From assembly GCA_043810775.1 (NCBI GenBank), contig JBDRNU010000014.1:1-17973 (forward strand): DNA of 17,973 nt, read 5' to 3'. Positions within the stretch are counted from its first letter, which is position 1. The number at the start of each line of letters is the position of its first letter. The stretch comes from an archaeon (GTDB lineage: Archaea; Nanobdellota; Nanobdellia; Pacearchaeales; GW2011-AR1). The notes under the pieces are model-generated. The model was not told the origin of the DNA. It searched no databases and saw only the letters and a list, made by a program, of their open reading frames with translations. Positions 1-8,425 of this stretch are shown here, piece by piece. The translations under genes and the position numbers were made by a program.

Positions 1-58
1 CTTCTGGCATGCTTTGATACTATATTAGGCATTTATAAGTTTTTCTATAACTGACTTA

Positions 59-1207
59 TTAGGTAATAAAATAACTGATTTTAAATCTTATAACTTTTGT
101 TATGAATAAAAACAAACTCATTCCTATTAACAATAAAATTAGAGTCCAGTGCATTTTCTCTTTTCTTATTGAGTAGAGTATTGAAAAAAGAAACAAGGGA
201 AGGCCATATCTTCCGAGATTGCATATCTGGCCCTTGAATAAAAATTCCTGCAATATTAAAATTGAGATTACCTGAAATACAACAAGATAGAAGAATATAT
301 CAAATCTATCTTTTAGATTGATTATTTTATCTTTGATTAAAATTACCCCCTGAATAAGGGCATATAAAAAAACAGGAACAGAGCTTAAATAATAAATCAG
401 TAATTTAAGGCTAAGGCTTAAATCAGTATTTTTTATATAGTTAAAAAATCCAATAAAGGGAAGAGTGGTATGGGAGGAATTTGCCAAAAATCCAGTATTT
501 CCATAAACTGAATATATTATTATATTAAAGATTAAAAATGGAACCAGAGATACTGCCATATAAAGTGAATTTTTCCATTCTTTTTTTGCAAGAAAAAATA
601 TGAGTATTGAAAAAATAATCACTACTGATGCCTCCCGTGTTAGTGTGGATAATACAAAAAATATAAGTGAGAGTGCCACTTTTTTTCTTAAAATCAGATA
701 AATACCTATTAGTATGAACATAATCATCAGGGGTTCAGTAAGATTTCTCATAAAACCAAGTATATATCCTGGATTAAATGCCCATAGGTAAGCATAATTC
801 AAATTTGAATTAAATAATTTTAGTATTTTAATAAAGAAAAAAGTTCCTACTAAAATTGCAACTAAATTAACATATATTAGTGTAAATGGAATTAAATCAT
901 CATTTCCAAAAGAAAGCAATTTAGAGATAAATGGATAAAGCACTCTCTGATTTCTAAGACCATCTACATTATTTCTAAAGTCCTGTGCCATTAAATAATA
1001 GAACTGCCCATCATACCCATTGCTGTTTTTAAAGACTACAAGATTATCTGGAATTTCACCATAAAATAAGTCAAGATTGCTTTCAGACAGCTCTGAGAAT
1101 GCACTTAAATTATAGTCAAATTTAGATATGTAAAATACAACGCAAAAAAGATATAATATTAAAATAAGTATTAGGATTCTTTGTTCTTTTTCTAGTTTAA
1201 GCTTCAT
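59..1207 (-). CDS. Polytopic membrane protein, probable GT-C-fold glycosyltransferase (AZOBR_p60025-like cell-surface glycopolymer protein)
   Basis: 382 aa with about 10 hydrophobic segments. The first external loop carries GYDGQFYY...RNQRVLYP, followed by LTEP, TRE and GRY motifs typical of GT-C enzymes. Confidence 0.65.
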   Translation of the reverse strand: MKLKLEKEQRILILILILYLFCVVFYISKFDYNLSAFSELSESNLDLFYGEIPDNLVVFKNSNGYDGQFYYLMAQDFRNNVDGLRNQRVLYPFISKLLSFGNDDLIPFTLIYVNLVAILVGTFFFIKILKLFNSNLNYAYLWAFNPGYILGFMRNLTEPLMIMFILIGIYLILRKKVALSLIFFVLSTLTREASVVIIFSILIFFLAKKEWKNSLYMAVSLVPFLIFNIIIYSVYGNTGFLANSSHTTLPFIGFFNYIKNTDLSLSLKLLIYYLSSVPVFLYALIQGVILIKDKIINLKDRFDIFFYLVVFQVISILILQEFLFKGQICNLGRYGLPLFLFSILYSIRKEKMHWTLILLLIGMSLFLFITKVIRFKISYFIT

Positions 1208-1242
1208 TTTTGATTAATACTACTAATTCCAGTTTATAAATG

Positions 1243-1614
1243 CTATTTCTTAAGGTAGCCAACTAGAGATATGGTTAGTATTCCGAGCAAGATGCCTATC
1301 CAAAGATAAGTGTCAAGAAAAAAGCTATAGGATTTCACGAATAAAGGAACTGTAATAATTGCATCAAGTATTATTCCTGTTAGGGCCATTATTATTCCTA
1401 CGAGCAAACCTTGTTTTGCACCTGCCTTAATCTTCTTGCCATTAAAGTATACTAAAGCTGTGACTAGCGCCAGAATTACTGCAAGAATATAATGAATAAT
1501 ATAATAAACTGTTCCTGCTTCCAATTTGAAACCAAACATTAAAATTGAAACTTCAAAAAATATCATCATCCAGAGTAATGCTCCGAATAAAACTGCTCTT
1601 TTTAGATTTATCAT
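1243..1614 (-). CDS. Small four-TM membrane protein (DUF5367-like)
   Basis: 123 aa with four hydrophobic helices. KRAVLFGALLW and ILDAIITVPLF recall DUF5367. A TATA-like element lies ~25 nt upstream. Confidence 0.55.
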   Translation of the reverse strand: MINLKRAVLFGALLWMMIFFEVSILMFGFKLEAGTVYYIIHYILAVILALVTALVYFNGKKIKAGAKQGLLVGIIMALTGIILDAIITVPLFVKSYSFFLDTYLWIGILLGILTISLVGYLKK

Positions 1615-1645
1615 TATTATAAGAACAAATTTATGTTTTTAAGTT

Positions 1646-1867
1646 TTATGCTACAGTTTCTTTTTTTAAATCTTCAAGATATTTCCTTAAACCTTCTTTA
1701 ACTGTTAATCCTTCATATTTTGCTCCAAACTCTTCAGTGTAATCCATACCTTGACTTGTAGTTGTAACTAGTTGCAATAAGGGAGATTCAGGATTTACTA
1801 TTCTTAATTCTTTTTGAGCTTGTTCAATATCTGCTAAAACTTTTGTTCTTTCTTCTAAAATACCCAT
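1646..1867 (-). CDS. Hypothetical protein
   Basis: 73-aa ORF with ATG start, co-oriented with its neighbours, fills the gap, soluble-protein composition. Confidence 0.6.
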   Translation of the reverse strand: MGILEERTKVLADIEQAQKELRIVNPESPLLQLVTTTSQGMDYTEEFGAKYEGLTVKEGLRKYLEDLKKETVA

Positions 1868-1952
1868 GAGAAGTAGTATAAGTAATGATTTAATTAGATT
1901 ATTATTATAGGATATATATTATTGATTTATTTATTAGTCTCGCCTAAAAGTT

Positions 1953-3155
1953 TTATTGTATCAATTCACCATAGCCGATAAGCCTCCAGTGTCCTTTGAT
2001 ATTTCTAGCTATACCTATATTTTCGCCTTTAAATGGGACCACTGGTATTTTTAGTATAAGTTCAGCTTCATCATCTCTTGCACTTAAAACAGTTCCGACT
2101 GTAATAGCTGTATTTATGCTGAGAAGAAGCATTTCATTAGACCTAATATTTTCAACTGGAGATTTTTCAGTGCTTCCTAAAATTTCCTTAAATAAATGAA
2201 ATTTAATTTTAACTTTTGAGGTTATATCTGCAAGCTGGCCTTGAAGTGATGCAACACATCCTGCTAAACTATCTGCTTTTGTAACTGAAGGGTCAAGTGC
2301 TGTCTGGATTGCCAGACTTCCTCCTGGAGTTGCTTCCTTGATAGGATGAGCTCCTCTTTGAAGCCCCATAATCCTGGTTTTTACTGATTCATACTTAATT
2401 TGATTTTGTTCTTTATAATTAATTCCTGGCTTTATCTCGATTTCATCCCCTATTTTAAGAGTGCCTTGTTTTAGGGAGCCTCCTAAAATACCTCCACTAA
2501 GCTTGTCAATTCCAGTTCCTGGCCTGTTAATATCAAAGCTCCTTGCAATTACAAAGCAGGGTTTTTCTTTTAGATTTCTCTGAGGAATTGGAATTTTCGT
2601 AAGCTCTTCTAAAATCTTATCAATATTTATTCCCTGCTGGGCTGAAACTGGTATAATCTGTGAATTTTCGGCAATTGTGCCTTTTATAAATTTTTTAATA
2701 TCTTCATAACTTTTTTTAGCTTGTTCTTTAGTTATTAGGTCAATTTTATTTTGAACTATAATTACATTCTTAATGTTTTTTGCCTTTAAAGCTATTAGAT
2801 GCTCGCGAGTCTGAGGCTTTATTCCTTCGTTGGCTGCGATTACAAGCACAGCTGCATCCATAATTGCTGCTCCTGAAAGCATAGTGGCCATTAGCATTTC
2901 GTGTCCTGGAGCGTCTACAAAAGTAATATAACGAACTGGATTTCCTTTTTCTATATTAAATTCGCTTCCTTGTTTTCTGATAATTGCATCTGCATATCCA
3001 AGCTTAATTGTAATCCCACGCTTTAATTCCTCAGAATGCGTATCTGTCCACTTTCCAGTCATCCTATGGAGAAGAGTTGTTTTTCCGTGGTCAATGTGCC
3101 CCACTATTCCTATATTCAGAACTTCCAGCTTAGAAATGTCTTCATTGTTTTCCAT
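1953..3155 (-). CDS. eif2g: Archaeal translation initiation factor 2 gamma subunit (aIF2-gamma)
   Basis: GHIDHGKTT P-loop, HSEELKRGITIKLGYA, DAPGHE, MLSGAA, QNKID, SAQQ, RSFDINRPG and C-terminal WRLIGYG. Confidence 0.97.
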   Translation of the reverse strand: MENNEDISKLEVLNIGIVGHIDHGKTTLLHRMTGKWTDTHSEELKRGITIKLGYADAIIRKQGSEFNIEKGNPVRYITFVDAPGHEMLMATMLSGAAIMDAAVLVIAANEGIKPQTREHLIALKAKNIKNVIIVQNKIDLITKEQAKKSYEDIKKFIKGTIAENSQIIPVSAQQGINIDKILEELTKIPIPQRNLKEKPCFVIARSFDINRPGTGIDKLSGGILGGSLKQGTLKIGDEIEIKPGINYKEQNQIKYESVKTRIMGLQRGAHPIKEATPGGSLAIQTALDPSVTKADSLAGCVASLQGQLADITSKVKIKFHLFKEILGSTEKSPVENIRSNEMLLLSINTAITVGTVLSARDDEAELILKIPVVPFKGENIGIARNIKGHWRLIGYGELIQ

Positions 3156-3231
3156 ATTTATTTGTATGAGAAGGAGTTTTTAAAAATATGCTTTCTAATA
3201 TTCTATATTTTTAAACCACAAAAATCTGAAT

Positions 3232-3720
3232 TTATGAATATTTTTGATGTTTTAAAGATTTGGTGGAAGGAAAAACCAGCATTTTTCTTTTATCAGATTC
3301 TAGAAAATACCAAGCTGAGCCTGCATAGGTTTTATATCCTAATTCTAAAACTTCTTCATCTCTTTTTTCTGTTAATGGAAAGACTACTATTTCTTCAAGA
3401 GCTCGCTCAATTATAATCTGTCTAGATTCTTCTCCAAATAAATTTGGAGTTTGGGCATAGTCTAGAACTTCTTCAACTGAAGCATAGTGCCCATCTAATA
3501 AAATTGGCGGAGGCAAGATAGTAGCCATTTTAAGTATTGATTTTCCATTACTGGATTGATGCTCAATTTGGTTATTAAGAATTGGAGCAAACCAGTCAGC
3601 TCCGAAAACAAAACCAAAATGTGGAATTGGCTGCTTTAAACTAGAAATATATTCTGATGCTCTTTGAATAATATGGCCAGTGACACTTATCTTAAATTCT
3701 TTATGATTAGTCTGATTCAT
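3232..3720 (-). CDS. Hypothetical protein
   Basis: 162-aa ORF with TTTATAAA about 22-29 nt upstream of the ATG. No recognisable motif. Confidence 0.65.
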   Translation of the reverse strand: MNQTNHKEFKISVTGHIIQRASEYISSLKQPIPHFGFVFGADWFAPILNNQIEHQSSNGKSILKMATILPPPILLDGHYASVEEVLDYAQTPNLFGEESRQIIIERALEEIVVFPLTEKRDEEVLELGYKTYAGSAWYFLESDKRKMLVFPSTKSLKHQKYS

Positions 3721-3754
3721 AATTTTTCAGGCAATAAGGAGTTTATAAATATTA

Positions 3755-4072
3755 TTATGCTTTTAGATTAGATTTGAGAAACTGGATAATCTCTCCTGGC
3801 TTGTTTATTATCTCATATAATCCAAAATAGCCCTCATTTTCCGGAACTTGAATTACTACTGCATCAACATCTTCTGTTCCATTTCTGCTTAGTAATACAC
3901 TAGGAAGAATATATTTTTGCATAGTATTAGGGCTGGTATCTTCTATTATCCCCAATCCTATTGCATAATAGCCTAATTCTTCAGCTTGGCTCAACACACA
4001 AGTTATACTATCACACTGGATATCTAAACTATTTAGTTTAGCTAGTGGCATCTCTATTTTCTTGTTTATCAT
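3755..4072 (-). CDS. Hypothetical protein (start moved from 4120 to ATG at 4072)
   Basis: The ATG at 4072 lies 7 nt after the rps6e stop and avoids the overlap. 105 aa, no recognisable motif. Confidence 0.6.
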   Translation of the reverse strand: MINKKIEMPLAKLNSLDIQCDSITCVLSQAEELGYYAIGLGIIEDTSPNTMQKYILPSVLLSRNGTEDVDAVVIQVPENEGYFGLYEIINKPGEIIQFLKSNLKA

Positions 4073-4079
4073 ATTAGAA

Positions 4080-4523
4080 TTAAGCTTTTTTTTGTTCAGT
4101 TGGCTGCTCAGCAGGAGCATCTTTCTTGAAAATATCCTCTAGCTTTTTGCTTCCTGCTTTTATTACTTTGATATTAATCTGAATAGTATCTTTAGAAATC
4201 TGATTTCCGCGGACTGTCTTTTTTAGGCGAAGACCTTTAGGGTTTGTATTTCTTCCTTTTTTTCCTTCTCTTCTTGGCTTAGTATGCATGCCGGGCCCGT
4301 AACTAAGCAATACCTTGCGCAAGTTTGGACCTTCTTCCTGCTTTAAGCCCGGAAATCCAGCTAGGTCTGAAGTGCCTGTAATTTCAAGCTCATATCCTGC
4401 AAGGTCGGAATTTATTTCTTTTCCATCTAGCTTTTCTCCAATCTTGCGTCCTTCAAGAAGCTCGTTATCTAGCTCAAGCTTATAGGTTTTACCCTTATCA
4501 CTAAGATTAATCTTAAAACTCAT
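4080..4523 (-). CDS. rps6e: 30S ribosomal protein S6e
   Basis: FKINLSD, GRKIGE, GYELEITGTSDLAGFP, KKTVRGN and QINIKV motifs, positioned between infB and eif2g. Confidence 0.96.
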   Translation of the reverse strand: MSFKINLSDKGKTYKLELDNELLEGRKIGEKLDGKEINSDLAGYELEITGTSDLAGFPGLKQEEGPNLRKVLLSYGPGMHTKPRREGKKGRNTNPKGLRLKKTVRGNQISKDTIQINIKVIKAGSKKLEDIFKKDAPAEQPTEQKKA

Positions 4524-4603
4524 GGAAATGAATAATTCTGGAGCTTTTTAAAGCTTGTTATTAAAAATATAAATTATTAAAAATAAGGAAAATATGAATT
4601 TTT

Positions 4604-7204
4604 ATGGGAGCTTGGCTCTGTAATTTTTCAGAATTTGAAAGAAATCAAGATAAACTAAATCAGTGGGTTTTAAATTTCAGGTATTTTTCTAATGATGGGA
4701 GCTTGAATAAAAGTGTGAAAGTTAAAGTTCCAAGAGTAGTTAGTGTTCCCAGTGGTTTTATTCATAATAGAGATGCTTCCAGCTTTGAACAAAAAATCAA
4801 GAATCACGAGTTTTTCTCTGGATTTCCACTAGAAAGAAAGACTCACGGAAGATTTTCTGTATTTAATATTCAGCTTCCAATGTATTATGAACTAATGAGA
4901 ATATTAAATGATGAGTTTGACGGAAAATTCCAAACTGGAAATTATGACAGATTTTTGAAATATTCCGGGGAGTTTCCTGAAAGAATAGCTGATATTTCTC
5001 AGGACTTAGAAGCTAAATTTATGAAAGAAGATGAAATTGAGCTAGAAAGTCTAGAGGGCATTAATTTTAGACAGTATCCTGATTGTTTTCCAAGTGCTGA
5101 GGCTTTAAGCCTTGCTCCGTATGTAATTATTGACATTGAAAAGCCGCTATGGAAAAAACTTCATGAAAAAAAGCAGATTGACGCCAGGAAGAAAATCAAG
5201 AAGCTTGAAAGAAGATGGGAAATTTTAGATGAGAAAAAGAGAAAATATGACAGTGGGAGAAGCAAGAAGCAGTTGACAAGCAACGAGCTGAAGATGTATG
5301 AAAAACTCAGCAAAAGAACTAGCCAAAGAAGAAATGCCATTAGCTTTCTTGAAAAAAAGCTGGAATTTTCAGCTGAAAAAGTTGGAATGGTCAAGCTATT
5401 TGAAGAAAAATATGATTCTGATATATCTTTTGTAGCTGTTAACTGGGTGGATCCAAGGACAAATACAGAAATAAAAGAGCTGTTTGTACTAGACCCTAAT
5501 GAAGAGTTTCAAGAATTTAGGGATTATAATGGTTATCGGATTTTAAGATTCAAGCAGGAAGAAGAGATAATTGAAGCTTTAACTGAGAGATTTCATGAAA
5601 GGAAACCCCTTATTTCATATGGGCATAATCAGGTTTATGATATTACACAGCTGACTTTTGCATCTAATGAAAGCAAGAAATTATTTGACCCTGCTGTTAA
5701 AGGAGTTAAGCCAAGAAGAGATTTTGTTAGATTTTTTCTGCAGAGACTTAGACAGGATTTGATTTATTTTGATACGTTATGGCTTAATAGGGATTTATTT
5801 AGGTTTTGGAGAGGTAAGAAAAGCTTGGGTGATAACCATAAACTCGAAGGTGAAGCAAAATCTTATGAAGTTGCGTTTAAAAAATCAATGACTCATGATG
5901 AATTAAGAGTATTTGAATTAGAAAGGCTGGTTGGACGAGATTTGGAAACTAGGAAAGCAGCAATGCAAGATATGTTAAAGTATGCAGCTTCTGATTTAGA
6001 AGTCACTCATGAAATTGTTAAGAGGATGAACTTTCTTCCATTTCTTGCGGCTATGAAAAAAGCAGCTCCATTTGCCACTTTAACTGATTTGGCTTTTTCC
6101 AATAATGTCATGAATAATCTACATGAGTATTCTCATTTTCAAGATTCAGAAAACTTGCAGTATTATGGATATTCACAAAAAGAAAGACAGGACGAGATTC
6201 AAATTTTTAAAAAAAGATTCACAAAGCTAAAGAGAGATATGGTCAGGTGGGCTTTTGATAAAGAGGGAATTGAAAAAGCCAGCAAAGGAGTTTATAATGG
6301 TGTGCATGAATTTTATCTTCCGCTAGAAGAGATGCTTAAAGATTTTTTGTTTAAGGTGCATCCTCAGCTTAAAGAGGTATATGCTGAATTTAAAGATGAT
6401 GAATATGCGCAATTTGCTTTAATGCAAGAGTTAAAAGGGGGATTGAGGGATGTTCTTGTAGATTATTATTTTGCCAGAAGAGAGAGAAAATCATATGATC
6501 ATACAAAGGAACAGACTAATACTGATGGAGAAAAGTTAGGTGAGTATTTTTCTATACTTGGGGAAAGGATTGACAGAGATGAACTTAACAAGCTTAAGGG
6601 AAGTTTCAGGTATTTAAAAAACCATTTTAGGAGTTTATACGTGGCACTAGATGGAAAAAAAGACAGAAGACTGATAATGCCTCCTAAAAATTTAGAGAAT
6701 TTAGATATTTTTTATCCTAAAGCTATGGAAAATGATGTTGACTTGTTTTTATTGAGGGAACATGCTGGTGAAATTAAAGAGGGATTAACTAAAGCAAAAA
6801 AGAAAGACCTTGCTGCTTTTTTATCTAATTTTGATACTTTTATGGGATTAATAGAAAATATAGGTGAAAAGATAGGGGAATATGTTTTTGTTAATCCTTA
6901 TGACCTGCTTTTTAGCTATGTTTATCATGACAGGATGGAACTTGCTAACAGGAAATTTTATGCCAGGTATGGATTTGAAGTCAAGCAGGTTAGCAAGGCA
7001 ATTGGAGAGGCTTACTCTAAATTTGCCAGAGAGCTAGGTGAACTTGAAGACTGCAATTTCTTAGAATTTAAGGGAGATTATTTTTATGTTCAGTCTGAAT
7101 CTAGGGCAGATATTCCCAGTGCAAGATATACTAGGACTATACCTAATTATTATCTTGGGGTGAAGCCTGAAGAAGCATCAAAACCAGAAAGTGTTGCAAA
7201 GTAA
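4604..7204 (+). CDS. Derived family-B DNA polymerase-like protein: intact DEDDy 3'-5' exonuclease, degenerate polymerase domain
   Basis: ExoI VIIDIE (D177/E179), ExoII SYGHNQVYD (D346), FDTL, HKLE and ExoIII KYAASD (Y460/D464). KGVYNGV sits where motif A is expected and FLEFKGDYFYV where motif C is expected. Confidence 0.7.
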   Translation: MGAWLCNFSEFERNQDKLNQWVLNFRYFSNDGSLNKSVKVKVPRVVSVPSGFIHNRDASSFEQKIKNHEFFSGFPLERKTHGRFSVFNIQLPMYYELMRILNDEFDGKFQTGNYDRFLKYSGEFPERIADISQDLEAKFMKEDEIELESLEGINFRQYPDCFPSAEALSLAPYVIIDIEKPLWKKLHEKKQIDARKKIKKLERRWEILDEKKRKYDSGRSKKQLTSNELKMYEKLSKRTSQRRNAISFLEKKLEFSAEKVGMVKLFEEKYDSDISFVAVNWVDPRTNTEIKELFVLDPNEEFQEFRDYNGYRILRFKQEEEIIEALTERFHERKPLISYGHNQVYDITQLTFASNESKKLFDPAVKGVKPRRDFVRFFLQRLRQDLIYFDTLWLNRDLFRFWRGKKSLGDNHKLEGEAKSYEVAFKKSMTHDELRVFELERLVGRDLETRKAAMQDMLKYAASDLEVTHEIVKRMNFLPFLAAMKKAAPFATLTDLAFSNNVMNNLHEYSHFQDSENLQYYGYSQKERQDEIQIFKKRFTKLKRDMVRWAFDKEGIEKASKGVYNGVHEFYLPLEEMLKDFLFKVHPQLKEVYAEFKDDEYAQFALMQELKGGLRDVLVDYYFARRERKSYDHTKEQTNTDGEKLGEYFSILGERIDRDELNKLKGSFRYLKNHFRSLYVALDGKKDRRLIMPPKNLENLDIFYPKAMENDVDLFLLREHAGEIKEGLTKAKKKDLAAFLSNFDTFMGLIENIGEKIGEYVFVNPYDLLFSYVYHDRMELANRKFYARYGFEVKQVSKAIGEAYSKFARELGELEDCNFLEFKGDYFYVQSESRADIPSARYTRTIPNYYLGVKPEEASKPESVAK

Positions 7205-8424
7205 TCTTTAACTGTTTCAGCACGCCTAATCATAATAAATTTACCATTTGTTTTTCTTAAAAACTCAGCTGACCTTAACTTCCCATTATAGTTAAATCCC
7301 ATTGCATGCCCGTGAGCGCCAGTATTATGAATAACAATTATATCTCCAGGAACAATTTTTGGGAGTTTTCTTTGAATTGCAAATTTATCGTTGTTTTCAC
7401 ACAAACTTCCAGTAACATCATACACAAAATTTTTTGAAGAATTTTCTTTTCCTAAGACTGTTATTTCATGATAAGCCCCGTATAATGCCGGCCTCATTAG
7501 ATTAGCCATACAAGCATCTAATCCAACATAATCCCTGTATTTATGCGATACGTGCCTGACTCTTGAGATTAGCCATCCGTGTGGGCCTGTAATTGCCCTT
7601 CCTGACTCCATTACTATTCTTAAAGGTTCAAGAGCAGTGCCCTTGATTATTTTATCGTATGATTCTTTAACTCCTTTGGAAAATTTATCCAAATCAACTT
7701 TTTTATCTTCTGGAGAGTATGGGATGCCTATACCCCCTCCTAAATTTACAAATTCTATTTTAATGCCTGTCTGTTTGTAAATTTTTAATGCAAGGCTAAA
7801 GAGCATCTCAGCAGTTTTAATTAAATATTCTTCATCTCTCATATTTGAAACTATCATTGTATGAAGGCCAAATCTCTTAACTCCTAATTCTTTAGCTTTT
7901 TTGTAAGCTTCAACTATTTGGTCATTAGTTAGTCCATATTTTGATTCTACTGGATTACCTAGTATTTCGTTGCCCCCCCTTAATAAGCCAGGATTATACC
8001 TGAAACATATTAATTCAGGCATTTTACCCAGTGTTTTTTCAAGGAATTCCAAATGAGATATATCATCTAAATTAATAATGGCGTTTAATTGATGAGCTTT
8101 TTGAAATTCTTCCTGAGGAGTGTCATTAGATGTAAACATAATTTCCTCATTTTTCATTCCAGCTGTGTTTGATAGCATTAATTCAGGAAGAGAGCTACAG
8201 TCAGCTCCCATTCCTTCTTCTTTTAGTATTTTAAGAATAGATGGATTTGGAAGAGCTTTTACTGCAAAATAATTTTTAAATCCCTTGACCCATGAGAAAG
8301 CTTTATTTAGTGATTTTGCTGTTTGACGTATGCGTTCTTCATCATAGATATGGAATGGTGTTGGAAAGCTTTTTATTAATTCTAAGATTTCTTTTTTTGT
8401 AAAAGGAATAGGTGTATGGCTCAT
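7150..8424 (-). CDS. lysA: Diaminopimelate decarboxylase
   Basis: PTPFHIYDE, FAVKA (PLP lysine), SKYG, NLGGGIG, ESGR, RPALYGAYH, GSLCENND and GFNYNG. Confidence 0.96.
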   Translation of the reverse strand: MSHTPIPFTKKEILELIKSFPTPFHIYDEERIRQTAKSLNKAFSWVKGFKNYFAVKALPNPSILKILKEEGMGADCSSLPELMLSNTAGMKNEEIMFTSNDTPQEEFQKAHQLNAIINLDDISHLEFLEKTLGKMPELICFRYNPGLLRGGNEILGNPVESKYGLTNDQIVEAYKKAKELGVKRFGLHTMIVSNMRDEEYLIKTAEMLFSLALKIYKQTGIKIEFVNLGGGIGIPYSPEDKKVDLDKFSKGVKESYDKIIKGTALEPLRIVMESGRAITGPHGWLISRVRHVSHKYRDYVGLDACMANLMRPALYGAYHEITVLGKENSSKNFVYDVTGSLCENNDKFAIQRKLPKIVPGDIIVIHNTGAHGHAMGFNYNGKLRSAEFLRKTNGKFIMIRRAETVKDYFATLSGFDASSGFTPR

Positions 8425-8425
8425 C

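Noticed and set aside
1-10. Possible minus-strand gene start (ATG CCA GAA) with a TATA ~25 nt upstream
   Set aside because: Only three codons are in the window, so it cannot be supported as a CDS.
1996-3416. Plus-strand ORFs 1996-2199 and 3036-3416
   Set aside because: Antisense shadows of eif2g and its neighbour, with no motifs.
4604-7204. The PolB-like gene as a casposon, provirus or active replicative polymerase
   Set aside because: No cas1, integrase, terminal repeats or capsid genes nearby, and the catalytic polymerase motifs are not intact.
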